The translations under genes were made by a program, and so were the position numbers. From the IMG/VR virus record IMGVR_UViG_2522572023_000009: a stretch of DNA of 37,763 nt. One strand, written 5' to 3'. Position 1 is the first letter of the stretch. Each line of letters begins with the position of its first letter. Source of the DNA: a virus. Lineage: Duplodnaviria > Heunggongvirae > Uroviricota > Caudoviricetes. Shown piece after piece: positions 1-8,899 of the stretch. The notes under the pieces are model-generated. The model was given only the letters and a program-made list of their open reading frames with translations. It had not been told where the DNA came from and did no database searches.

Positions 1-1362
1 ATGTTTAAACCGGAACTCCTTTCCCCGGCGGGAACGCTGAAAAATATGCGTTACGCTTTCGCTTATGGCGCAGATGCTGTTTATGCGGGCCAGCCGCGTT
101 ACTCCCTGCGTGTGCGCAACAACGAATTCAACCACGAAAATCTTCAGCTCGGCATCAATGAAGCCCACGCGCTGGGGAAAAAGTTTTATGTCGTGGTCAA
201 CATTGCACCGCACAACGCCAAGCTGAAAACCTTTATCCGTGACCTGAAACCGGTGGTGGAAATGGGGCCGGATGCGCTGATTATGTCCGATCCAGGGCTG
301 ATTATGCTGGTGCGTGAGCACTTCCCTGAAATGCCGATCCACCTCTCGGTGCAGGCTAACGCCGTAAACTGGGCGACGGTGAAATTCTGGCAGCAAATGG
401 GCCTGACCCGCGTGATCCTCTCTCGCGAGCTGTCGCTGGAAGAGATTGAAGAGATCCGCAATCAGGTGCCGGATATGGAGATCGAGATCTTCGTTCACGG
501 CGCACTGTGCATGGCCTACTCCGGTCGCTGCCTGCTCTCTGGCTATATCAACAAGCGCGATCCGAACCAGGGTACCTGCACCAACGCCTGCCGCTGGGAG
601 TACAACGTCCAGGAAGGGAAAGAAGATGACGTTGGCAACATCGTACACAAGTACGAGCCGATTCCGGTGCAAAATGTTGAGCCGACGCTGGGTATCGGCG
701 CGCCAACCGACAAAGTGTTTATGATCGAAGAAGCCCAGCGTCCGGGCGAGTATATGACCGCGTTTGAAGATGAGCACGGCACTTACATCATGAACTCGAA
801 AGATCTGCGCGCCATCGCCCATGTAGAACGCCTGACCAAAATGGGCGTGCATTCGCTGAAAATCGAAGGCCGTACTAAATCTTTCTACTATTGCGCACGC
901 ACCGCACAGGTTTACCGTAAAGCTATCGATGACGCCGCTGCGGGCAAACCGTTCGATACCAGCCTGCTGGAAACTCTGGAAGGTCTGGCGCATCGTGGCT
1001 ATACCGAAGGTTTCCTGCGTCGTCATACTCACGACGATTATCAGAACTACGAATACGGTTATTCAGTTTCTGACCGCCAGCAGTTTGTTGGTGAGTTTAC
1101 CGGTGAGCGCAAGGGGGACCTCGCGGCGGTAGCGGTGAAAAATAAATTCTCCGTTGGCGACAGCCTTGAGCTGATGACGCCGCAAGGCAACATTAACTTT
1201 ACCCTTGAGCACATGGAAAACGCCAAAGGTGAAGCGATGCCGGTCGCACCAGGCGATGGTTATACTGTGTGGCTCCCGGTCCCGCAGGATCTTGAGCTCA
1301 ATTACGCTCTGCTGATGCGTAATTTCTCCGGGGAAACCACGCGTAACCCACACGGTAAGTGA
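1..1362 (+). CDS. yegQ: YegQ/TrhP, peptidase U32-family protein, 453 aa, apparently full length
   Basis: The full ORF from the track reads MFKPELLSPAGTLKNMRYAFAYGADAVYAGQPRY..., which I recognise as E. coli YegQ. Its position next to cyaR and a P2-type element matches the K-12 yegQ–cyaR–ogrK neighbourhood. Confidence 0.9.
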   Translation: MFKPELLSPAGTLKNMRYAFAYGADAVYAGQPRYSLRVRNNEFNHENLQLGINEAHALGKKFYVVVNIAPHNAKLKTFIRDLKPVVEMGPDALIMSDPGLIMLVREHFPEMPIHLSVQANAVNWATVKFWQQMGLTRVILSRELSLEEIEEIRNQVPDMEIEIFVHGALCMAYSGRCLLSGYINKRDPNQGTCTNACRWEYNVQEGKEDDVGNIVHKYEPIPVQNVEPTLGIGAPTDKVFMIEEAQRPGEYMTAFEDEHGTYIMNSKDLRAIAHVERLTKMGVHSLKIEGRTKSFYYCARTAQVYRKAIDDAAAGKPFDTSLLETLEGLAHRGYTEGFLRRHTHDDYQNYEYGYSVSDRQQFVGEFTGERKGDLAAVAVKNKFSVGDSLELMTPQGNINFTLEHMENAKGEAMPVAPGDGYTVWLPVPQDLELNYALLMRNFSGETTRNPHGK

Positions 1363-1393
1363 TTAATTTCGATTATTTTTCCCGGATGGAAAA

Positions 1394-1439
1394 TTCTTAG
1401 AAACCGATCACATACAGCTGCATTTATTAAGGTTATCAT
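1394..1439 (+). promoter_or_regulatory. Putative cyaR promoter: CRP-like site (TTAGA-N6-TCACA, 1397–1412) and -10 TATCAT (1434–1439)
   Basis: The right half-site TCACA is perfect and the left half is degenerate. The site centre lies about 42 bp upstream of the inferred cyaR 5' end, and the -10 hexamer sits 7 nt upstream of it. cyaR is known to be CRP-activated; the exact start site is not verified here. Confidence 0.4.
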
Positions 1440-1446
1440 CCGTTTC

Positions 1447-1533
1447 GCTGAAAAACATAACCCATAAAATGCTAGCTGTACCAGGAACCACCTCCTTAGC
1501 CTGTGTAATCTCCCTTACACGGGCTTATTTTTT
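1447..1533 (+). ncRNA. cyaR: CyaR (RyeE) Hfq-dependent sRNA; its 3' terminator overlaps the prophage attL core
   Basis: The sequence GCTGAAAAACATAACCCATAAAATGCTAGCTGTACCAGGAACCACCTCCTTAGCCTGTGTAATCTCCCTTACACGGGCTTATTTTTT matches my recollection of cyaR, including the CCACCUCCUUA seed region and a terminal hairpin with a U-run. It lies between yegQ and the P2-type element, as in K-12. Confidence 0.72.
1507..1533. repeat. attL core: 27-bp P2-type attachment core AATCTCCCTTACACGGGCTTATTTTTT
   Basis: An identical 27-mer recurs at 37260–37286, and the next 7 bp (ATGCATA) also match after one extra T on the right copy. It is the reverse complement of the P2 core as I recall it (AAAAAATAAGCCCGTGTAAGGGAGATT). 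Confidence 0.85.
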
Positions 1534-1595
1534 ATGCATAATCAATTGAAATAAAAGGATTTATTTCTGGTCACGTCCACACATTGACCACATCG

Positions 1596-1630
1596 ACAAA
1601 AAAGCCCCTCGACTGAGGGGCTTTCTGTTT
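1596..1630 (-). terminator. Rho-independent terminator downstream of ogr (possibly bidirectional)
   Basis: A 7-bp stem AGCCCCT/AGGGGCT (1603–1609 and 1616–1622) with a 6-nt loop is flanked by an A-run on the plus strand (a U-run on the minus-strand transcript) and by TTCTGTTT on the other side. Confidence 0.6.
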
Positions 1631-1634
1631 GTAA

Positions 1635-1853
1635 TTACATCCACATAATTTGCTGCCCTGATGGCAACGGGTGCGGCCTTACGGCGTGGACTTCTCCCGG
1701 CTTCACGATATATCGCTGTACCGACTCATAAGTGATTAATGTGGCGCTGCAATTCACGTTCTGACACTGGTGATAACGCTCTTTTGTCGTGTCAGTGATA
1801 TAGCGACTTGTACGCGCATGTGCGGCATGCTGGCATAAAGGACAATGAAACAT
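1635..1853 (-). CDS. ogr: Ogr, zinc-finger activator of late transcription, 72 aa
   Basis: The internal Met of the track ORF gives MFHCPLCQHAAHARTSRYITDTTKERYHQCQNVNC..., a Cys4 zinc finger matching P2 Ogr in length and sequence. Confidence 0.9.
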   Translation of the reverse strand: MFHCPLCQHAAHARTSRYITDTTKERYHQCQNVNCSATLITYESVQRYIVKPGEVHAVRPHPLPSGQQIMWM

Positions 1854-1934
1854 CGCGAGCACCTCTTCCGGTTTTGTTGATGGTGCCATTTTAGTTAATT
1901 TATCCTTATAAAACAAACAGATAAAACAAAAACA

Positions 1935-3098
1935 TCACTCATCATCTTCTGTTTCGTACTCCACATCAGAAAGCCTGACCTCAAGCTCCAAGGACGTCGT
2001 GAAGCCGCTATTATTCAGAAAATGTGTCACCTTAGTGATTGTCCAGTCCTGCTCGTCTATGACGCGCTTAAAGCCTGACACTTTAACCGGTGTTTCCGTG
2101 TAAATATCTGCCCGACCGGTAGCCAGGCTGATGGAGAACTCCGCCACACCCCGTTGCAGTTTATCCCACTTCGCCTGAGCGGCGCGCATGGCCTGCGCTT
2201 TCGTGGCATATACCGTAGTCAGGGCAAAAACGTTGTCAGCCTCACCGGCCATGTATTCACCTTCGCGCGCTTCCGGTACTTTAGGCGCTTTCTTCTGCCT
2301 GACCGGTTTCGCTTTCGGGTGCTCCAGTGCGCGCAGGTGTTTCTCTTTCTTTTTGCGTTTCAGTTTTACCTTCTGCTTTTGCGGCTTCGGGTCTTTGGTG
2401 TGTAACCACTTTGCCGTTACGCCGGTATAGGCTCCACGGTCAGCAATCGCAAAATGATGGCGGTCGCCGTCGCTGCGGGTTATGGTGACCTGCGGGATTT
2501 TTTTACCGCTGGCCGTCACCCCCTGCCCCGCTTTGAGAAACAACAGTTTTCCCATTTTTACCGACACCTCACCGCCGTTGCGTTCTGCAAGACGGGTCAG
2601 GAATTTCGCATCAGACTCCTGCGACTGGTCGATGTGCGGGATTTTAATTCCGGCCAGTGACGGAGCGACACTGGCTTCCAGCTTATTACGGGAGGCTATC
2701 GCCTCAACAATCGCACCGAGCGTGGTGTCATGCCATGAGCCTTCACGGCGGGAATTGAGCGTCCCGCGAAAATCTGCACTCCGGGCGCGGATGGTGACCA
2801 CATCCGGTGCGCCCCGGTGTTCAACCTCATCAACGGTAAATTTCCCTTTGCATACCAGGGCAAAACCTTTCCAGCCGATATACACCGTCAGGACAGCGCC
2901 ACGAACCGGCAGCCCGACCTGCCCGTCGGCATCGTTCAGTTCAATATCAAGCTGGTCAGCCTCAAAGCCCCGGTTATCCGTCAGGGTCATGCTCATCAGA
3001 CGGTCGCTGATATTGCCGGTAATATCCCTGCTGTCGAGCATCAGCATGTAATCCGGCGTCAGCGTACTGCCTGCATCAAATGTCAGTGCATCCAGCAT
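1935..3098 (-). CDS. D: gpD tail protein, 387 aa
   Basis: Length and position (between ogr and U) match P2 gpD. Confidence 0.85.
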   Translation of the reverse strand: MLDALTFDAGSTLTPDYMLMLDSRDITGNISDRLMSMTLTDNRGFEADQLDIELNDADGQVGLPVRGAVLTVYIGWKGFALVCKGKFTVDEVEHRGAPDVVTIRARSADFRGTLNSRREGSWHDTTLGAIVEAIASRNKLEASVAPSLAGIKIPHIDQSQESDAKFLTRLAERNGGEVSVKMGKLLFLKAGQGVTASGKKIPQVTITRSDGDRHHFAIADRGAYTGVTAKWLHTKDPKPQKQKVKLKRKKKEKHLRALEHPKAKPVRQKKAPKVPEAREGEYMAGEADNVFALTTVYATKAQAMRAAQAKWDKLQRGVAEFSISLATGRADIYTETPVKVSGFKRVIDEQDWTITKVTHFLNNSGFTTSLELEVRLSDVEYETEDDE

Positions 3099-3577
3099 TA
3101 TCCCGCCCCCGTCATACCCGTGAATTTAGTCGCCATACTGCCAGCCTTACCGATGAGCGATTCCGCCTGTTTACCGATATCGCCATAAAGCGCGGCCAGT
3201 GATTCATCAACGCGGGTGAGCGACAGCGTAAAATCAATTTTCCGGGGTGTGCCGTCTGCAAAGAAAATACTCCCTGTTTCACTCACCCTGCTGATGACAT
3301 ACATGCCGTAAATCATGCCGGTGCCATCCAGCAACGGCCACGCCCGGCCTTCATCTGCCATCAGCCTGAGCGTGGTCATCGTCAGCTTTCCGCCGGTCAG
3401 TTCAGGATAAAGCACACCGGCAAGCGTGATGTTTTCCTCACCCACACCGAGAAACTGAAAGGCATCCCGTTTGCCGATACGGGAATTTGACGGCCAGCGA
3501 TAATCTGATTCACGCTGCATGGTCTGGTGTGGCAGCGTCTGGCGCATAAAAACAAACATACCTAACGCGAGCATCAT
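3098..3577 (-). CDS. U: gpU tail protein, 159 aa
   Basis: Length and synteny match P2 gpU. Confidence 0.85.
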   Translation of the reverse strand: MMLALGMFVFMRQTLPHQTMQRESDYRWPSNSRIGKRDAFQFLGVGEENITLAGVLYPELTGGKLTMTTLRLMADEGRAWPLLDGTGMIYGMYVISRVSETGSIFFADGTPRKIDFTLSLTRVDESLAALYGDIGKQAESLIGKAGSMATKFTGMTGAG

Positions 3578-3591
3578 TTTTCGTCACCTCC

Positions 3592-6039
3592 TTAACCGTC
3601 ATGCATCATGCTGGCACGGGCGCGCGCACGTTTATCCCGCTCGTATTTTTCGAGCGCATCCTGTAACTGGCGGTCAAGCTGTGTCCCCGGCGCAGTACCA
3701 CCCGTCAGGCTGATGTGATATTCGTTTTTACTCTGGTCCACATAAGAGCGGCCAGCCGGTGCCGTGACCGGCTGATAAGCCTGATAGCCTGCATAAGAGC
3801 TGGTCGCCGGAATATAACCACCGGTGCCATACGTGGCGGCATGAGTCCTTGCGGCGGTCTGGTCAAGTGTGTCTGACTCTTTGTTGATAACACCGAGTTT
3901 TTCCAGTACCCAGTCAATACCGCTGCGCAGTTTGTTGAACGCATTAAGCGGCAGCATCAGCGCGTCAGCCAGCGCCTGCCCGAACATGACGCCCGTGTCA
4001 CGGCAACGGTTCAGGGTGTCCTGTGTGGATTTAACCGGGGCAATCAGGTTTGTAAACCACTGCCACGCGGCCTGTAACTTTTCGCCCAGCCAGTCAAACA
4101 CCGGCTTAAGTGGCGTGAAAAGTTCCCCCACCGGCGCAAATGCCGCTTTCAGCCCTTCAACCACACCGCCAAAGAATGCGCTGACAGGCTCCCAGTATTT
4201 ACGGATAAGCAACGCCCCGGCGACAATGGCGGCCACCACGGCCACAACCGGCCAGCTAATCGCCCCGATGGCCGTCATAACAGCACTGCCAACTGTCGTG
4301 AAGATTGCCCCCATTGCGCCTGCTGCCGCGATAATGGCATTGATGCCGGTGATAACCGGCCAGGCTACAAGACCAATGGCACCGATGATGCCAGTAAGCG
4401 CCAGCGCGCCACCGACAATGAGGCCGATGGTTGACGCCAGTGATTTGTTTTTCTGGATCCAGCCGTCGAGTTTTAACACATACTTTGTGGCCGTCTGAGT
4501 GAGCTTACGCAGTGCGCCTTCCTGCTGGTCAAACAGGTCAGTCCCCACCGCCTCATAAGCGGACTGAAACTCCTTAAAGTCACCGCCGAGGTTGTCCTGC
4601 ATGATATTTACCAGTTCTGCGGTCTTTCCGTCTGAGGCTTTAAACGCAGCGGTCAGTTTGTCCAGCTTTCCGGTTGAGGCGGCAGTCATCAGCACGGCGG
4701 CGGCTGAACTGGCCTCCTCCCCGAAAATGGTTTTCATGTATTCAGCCTGCTGGGCAGTACCGAGCCGGTTTTTCTCAAAACTGGCCTGCATTTCTTTCAG
4801 AATGGTAAATACTGGTCGGGTGTTTCCCTTGCTGTCTGAGGTTTTCACACCAAGCTCTTTGAGTGCATCCCATGCTTTTCCCGTCGGTGCCTGCAGGCGG
4901 CTTAACACGGCACGGCTTCCCGTCCCCGCCATTGAACCGGTAATTTTTGCATCATGCAGCGCCCCGACCATTGCGGCTGTTTCTTCAATGCTGACACCGG
5001 CATTTTTTGCCACAGGTGCGGCATAGGTCAGCGCATCGCTCATGCCGTCAAAATCGGCGGCGGTTTTGTTCATCGTCATGGAGAGAACATCCCCGATATG
5101 AGCGACCTTATCGTTTGAAAGCTGAAAGGCGGATTTCATCCCCATCAGCAGGGCGGCGTTTTCTTCCATCGTGCGACGGTTCGCCAGCGCCATATTCAGC
5201 GTGACCGGCGTTGCCGCCTGAATGGCATCAACATCCCCACCGGCTTTCGCAATGATAATCTGCGCACCGGCAGCATCATCCGCCGAGGCGGCTGTGTTGT
5301 CGCCGAGCTGGCGCGCCTGCTTGCGTAGTGCAGCCATTTCGGCGGAGTCTTTTGCCACACCGAGCACGGCCTGCAATTCTGAGTTTTTCTGCGCAAACTC
5401 ATAACCGGGCATCAGCAACTTAACTCCGGCCATCGTTCCCGCCGCCGCAATCCCCACACCGGCAGCGCCCACTGAGGCCATATTTCCGGCCAGTTCCTTG
5501 CCTGCCTGATAACGCTGTTTTACTGCGTTAAGTTTTGCCTGTTGCGCACTGACACGCGCCAGCGCGTCACGCTGACGGTTAAGCTGTGCGGTGGTTTCAC
5601 TGATACGGTTTTTCAGTCCCTGCTCATCACGTGCAAGATTGCGGGTATTAATTCCCACAACGGCCAGTTCCCGCTGCTGGCGTTTAACGGAATCCGTCAG
5701 GCGGTTATATTTCGCCTGTAAGTCCTCCGCCGCACGCTTCGCGGACTCCAGCACTTTCGCCTGAGCACGTGTCGGACGTTCGGTGTTTTTAAACTGTGTG
5801 GCAAGGGCTTCGGCCTCCTGCCGTGCCTTTTCAAGTGCATGACCAGTCACGGCGAGCTGTGCGCTGGTCTTGCGGAATCCCTCAATACGGGATGCGTGAC
5901 CGTTCAGCTCGCGCAGTGATTTTTGTGTTTCCCGGATATCCCCCGACAGCGACTTGCTCGCTGTGCGGATGGATTTAAACGGGCGGGATGCCTGGTCAAC
6001 AGCCCTGAGCAATACCTGTAATTTTACATTGTTACTCAT
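3592..6039 (-). CDS. T: gpT tail tape-measure protein, 815 aa
   Basis: Length matches P2 gpT; the protein is Ala/Gly-rich and coiled-coil-like with hydrophobic segments. Confidence 0.9.
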   Translation of the reverse strand: MSNNVKLQVLLRAVDQASRPFKSIRTASKSLSGDIRETQKSLRELNGHASRIEGFRKTSAQLAVTGHALEKARQEAEALATQFKNTERPTRAQAKVLESAKRAAEDLQAKYNRLTDSVKRQQRELAVVGINTRNLARDEQGLKNRISETTAQLNRQRDALARVSAQQAKLNAVKQRYQAGKELAGNMASVGAAGVGIAAAGTMAGVKLLMPGYEFAQKNSELQAVLGVAKDSAEMAALRKQARQLGDNTAASADDAAGAQIIIAKAGGDVDAIQAATPVTLNMALANRRTMEENAALLMGMKSAFQLSNDKVAHIGDVLSMTMNKTAADFDGMSDALTYAAPVAKNAGVSIEETAAMVGALHDAKITGSMAGTGSRAVLSRLQAPTGKAWDALKELGVKTSDSKGNTRPVFTILKEMQASFEKNRLGTAQQAEYMKTIFGEEASSAAAVLMTAASTGKLDKLTAAFKASDGKTAELVNIMQDNLGGDFKEFQSAYEAVGTDLFDQQEGALRKLTQTATKYVLKLDGWIQKNKSLASTIGLIVGGALALTGIIGAIGLVAWPVITGINAIIAAAGAMGAIFTTVGSAVMTAIGAISWPVVAVVAAIVAGALLIRKYWEPVSAFFGGVVEGLKAAFAPVGELFTPLKPVFDWLGEKLQAAWQWFTNLIAPVKSTQDTLNRCRDTGVMFGQALADALMLPLNAFNKLRSGIDWVLEKLGVINKESDTLDQTAARTHAATYGTGGYIPATSSYAGYQAYQPVTAPAGRSYVDQSKNEYHISLTGGTAPGTQLDRQLQDALEKYERDKRARARASMMHDG

Positions 6040-6459
6040 TCGTGTTTCCGCTTCGCCGGAGCGCCTTTTCGCGCCATGTGATGAGTTCGGTCAGGCTCAT
6101 GGGATACAGTTCTGATGGCGGCCAGTGAAATATCACTGCCACATCCGCCATCAGGTCATCGACCGACAGATTTTTCGGAAACGTCACTGCACCGAGTTCG
6201 GAGACAAAAAACCGACCACCTTACCGGCCAGCGCCACAAGGTCAGGCAGTTCCAGCGCGGCGACTTCCTGCTCGGTCAGCATCGGTGCCGTCATGCGCGG
6301 CAGCACCTTAATCAGTGCATCGACTTCGGAGTTTGCAACCGCAGCCAGACTGACACCGCGCAGCGTCCCGGCATTGGGTTTCATCAGCGTGACCTGTTCG
6401 ATAACCTGCTCACCACGTTTGACCGGATTTTCCAGGGTAATGACATTTTCTTTGTTCAT
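6032..6459 (-). CDS. E+E': gpE+E', -1 programmed-frameshift product, 142 aa
   Basis: A TTTTTTG slippery heptamer lies on the minus strand (plus 6205–6211) six codons before the E stop. The -1 frame is open for 57 further codons (VSELGAVTFPKNL...RRSGNTNE) and stops at 6032–6034, overlapping the T start. The 142-aa total matches P2 E+E'. Confidence 0.75.
6184..6459 (-). CDS. E: gpE tail assembly chaperone, 91 aa (zero-frame product)
   Basis: Length and synteny match P2 gpE; the protein ends ...KVVGFLSPNSVQ. Confidence 0.85.
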   Translation of the reverse strand: MNKENVITLENPVKRGEQVIEQVTLMKPNAGTLRGVSLAAVANSEVDALIKVLPRMTAPMLTEQEVAALELPDLVALAGKVVGFLSPNSVQ

Positions 6460-6515
6460 GGTTTTCTCACTTCTGAATCAGGGTTAACCGGTCAGCCTGG
6501 CTGACCGTATGAAAA

Positions 6516-7034
6516 TCACAGGCCGATATTTCGGCGGTGTTGCTCCAGCCGGTCGACGCCGTTCACCTTCTCAATCATGTTGATGGTGTCGATTTCGACC
6601 AGCTCCTTACCGTCCATCGTCAGCCGGAAATAAGTACAAATCACCGGGAGTTTCGATTCGGTATCCTCTCCCTGTTTACCCTCTCCGGTGTCGACTTCTT
6701 TCTGACGCCCACGCATGACCACTTCGACGGCCACCGTTTCGCCGGTATCGTCGCGCTGGTAAGAACCAGCAAAACGAATCGGTACGGCATCAGCACTGGT
6801 TGCAGCGTAAAGCTCCCAGATAACCGAATCCGGGAATCCACCGAGCGACCACTCCATTGACAGCGCATCATCATCAAGGCCGAGGTCTACCGGTGCGCTG
6901 CCGTTCATTCCCGCACCGCGATAATTTTCGAGCTTACGGGTCAGTTTTGGCAGCGTGACGGAATTTGCAACGCCCTGATAGCTGTAGCCGTTCAGAAAGA
7001 CATTCATGTATTTGAGTTTGCGCGGCATTGCCAT
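6516..7034 (-). CDS. FII: gpFII tail tube protein, 172 aa
   Basis: Length and synteny match P2 FII. Confidence 0.88.
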   Translation of the reverse strand: MAMPRKLKYMNVFLNGYSYQGVANSVTLPKLTRKLENYRGAGMNGSAPVDLGLDDDALSMEWSLGGFPDSVIWELYAATSADAVPIRFAGSYQRDDTGETVAVEVVMRGRQKEVDTGEGKQGEDTESKLPVICTYFRLTMDGKELVEIDTINMIEKVNGVDRLEQHRRNIGL

Positions 7035-7046
7035 CGGTCAGGCTCC

Positions 7047-8237
7047 TTAATTGCTGTTAACCGAGGTGACCAGATTTGCCAGGTATTTATCGGTGATACG
7101 CTGGCGCAGGGTCAGGTTTTCGAGAGGAGGCACCGGGGTATAGTCGTAGTCGATATACAGTTTTCCGGCCTTGAGGGTTTCCGCATCGTTGGATTCTTCG
7201 CTGAACCAGCAGGTCGCATCCACGATATAGCCGTTTGTTTTCAGCTCACGGAATTTGGCATTGATGCCGTCAACGATGTCGCGAATCAGCGTTGCGGTGA
7301 TGGGCTTGTCCACCGCCCACATGTGCGCCTCAGCCATCGTATCGGCCAGCACCTGCGCGGTGCGGGTGTAGTTTTCAAAGAGGAAAAGCGGGTCATCAGA
7401 GCAGGTACGGTTACCCCAGAATCGGAAACCGTCACGGCGAATCAGCGTAGTGACGCCTGACTCGTTAAGCAGGTCAGCATCGGTGCCGGACTCCTGCAAA
7501 TCCCAGAATACAGATGCGCTGATGCCGGTAACACCGTTCACCCCGACATTGGACAGCGTTTTATGCCAGCCCTGCTCCTGGTCGATTCTGGCACGCAGAC
7601 CCAGCGCACGGGCGGTGGCATACGCGGTGGCGGTGGTGCTGGTGACCGTATCCCATGCGAGGAAATCCGGCCAGATGACCATCAGCTCACGCTGGCTGAA
7701 ATTCTGGCGGTAGGCTTTCACCTCGGAAATGGTTTTACAGCCCCATGCGCTGATATATCCGAAAGCGCGCAGCTTCTGACAGACTGATGCCAGTGCAACA
7801 GCCACCTCTTTGGTATCCAGTCCCGGCACGCCGAGAATACGCGGTTTAACACCGGTTACCGACTCCGCCGCCAGCAGGGCTTTCAGTCCGGTGTACTGAC
7901 CGTTTTCGTCGGTGGTGCCGATGATATTGGAAACGGTCTGCGCGAGTTTCGTTTCCTCGTCGTCGCCGGTGCCGTCTTCCACACGCACAACAACGGTGAC
8001 CGGTTTTGACTGGTCAGCGATGGCCTGCAACGATGCCGCCAGCGTGCCTTTTTTACCGGCCTTTGCAATTGCGCTCTGCACATTGGTAATCAGCACCGGT
8101 TTATTGAGGGGGAAGGTTTCCGCATCCGCATCGCTGGCCGTGCAGACCATACCGACAATGGCAGTGGATACTGTGGAAATGACGCGGGTGCCGTCGTTAA
8201 TCTCCAGCACCTGCACGCCGTGATGAAAGTCACTCAT
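7047..8237 (-). CDS. FI: gpFI tail sheath protein, 396 aa
   Basis: Length and synteny match P2 FI. Confidence 0.88.
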   Translation of the reverse strand: MSDFHHGVQVLEINDGTRVISTVSTAIVGMVCTASDADAETFPLNKPVLITNVQSAIAKAGKKGTLAASLQAIADQSKPVTVVVRVEDGTGDDEETKLAQTVSNIIGTTDENGQYTGLKALLAAESVTGVKPRILGVPGLDTKEVAVALASVCQKLRAFGYISAWGCKTISEVKAYRQNFSQRELMVIWPDFLAWDTVTSTTATAYATARALGLRARIDQEQGWHKTLSNVGVNGVTGISASVFWDLQESGTDADLLNESGVTTLIRRDGFRFWGNRTCSDDPLFLFENYTRTAQVLADTMAEAHMWAVDKPITATLIRDIVDGINAKFRELKTNGYIVDATCWFSEESNDAETLKAGKLYIDYDYTPVPPLENLTLRQRITDKYLANLVTSVNSN

Positions 8238-8686
8238 CCGTTTAACTCCGTGGTTAATGGGTGCAACTATTTTCTGTTGTGCAGAGCATGAGACGCTATT
8301 TGACCTGGCTGGTCAGTGGATGAAACAACAGATAAAGAAAAGGTGGGCAATCAGTCGACCTGTCGTCATTTGCATTCACTAGAATTCAACATACATCCTA
8401 CATAGTCAAAACACTATCAAATCTGATTGCCTGCTGTGAGCCAAAAGCAAACCTCGCCAGTGAAAGGTAGAGGTAACTTAAAAGACACATAAACTGAAGT
8501 TTATCTATAGAGCTCCACCTCAGGGGGCTTTATCTGGCAGTTGGAAAATCAGAGCTTGCGCAATGAAAATTTTGATATAAAATCAACACGTTAAACACTT
8601 TCAAACAATTAGTAATTTTCTATATTCAGCAACAAACACGAATAATACATTGACTTCTCTAAATAAACCCCAAAAGGAACATATGA

Positions 8687-8899
8687 ATGCTTGAATGGTT
8701 AAATAACTATATAGGTACTGATTGGGCCACATATCTTGGAGTGTTTCTGGCGATTTTGTCATTAATTTGGGGAGGAAGCAAAGCTCTTAAAAAAAAATCA
8801 ATCAACCAAAAAGCAAAAACCAACGGAGGCATAGTTATTCAGGTTGGTGGTAATTTCCAAGGAGAAAATAACAATGAATCAAAAAGCTCAAGCAAATGA
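8687..8899 (+). CDS. Cargo ORF1: small protein (70 aa) with one N-terminal transmembrane helix and a Lys/Asn/Ser-rich tail
   Basis: ATG at 8687 follows an AAGGA ribosome-binding site with ~9 nt spacing. The protein has a hydrophobic helix (WATYLGVFLAILSLIWGG). The gene is AT-rich, lies on the strand opposite the late operon between FI and G, and contains an A9 homopolymer (about 8789–8797). Confidence 0.5.
   Translation: MLEWLNNYIGTDWATYLGVFLAILSLIWGGSKALKKKSINQKAKTNGGIVIQVGGNFQGENNNESKSSSK

Noticed and set aside
1363-1533. tRNA gene as the integration target
   Set aside because: The sequence has no tRNA cloverleaf features. It matches the sRNA cyaR, and the P2-type core overlaps its terminator.
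3869-5404. Several 60–200-aa ORFs on the plus strand inside gene T (for example 3869–4498 and 4592–5026)
   Set aside because: These are antisense ORFs within a long, GC-rich coding region whose minus-strand product is a clear tape-measure protein. They have no ribosome-binding sites and low-complexity Ala/Pro/Ser-rich translations.
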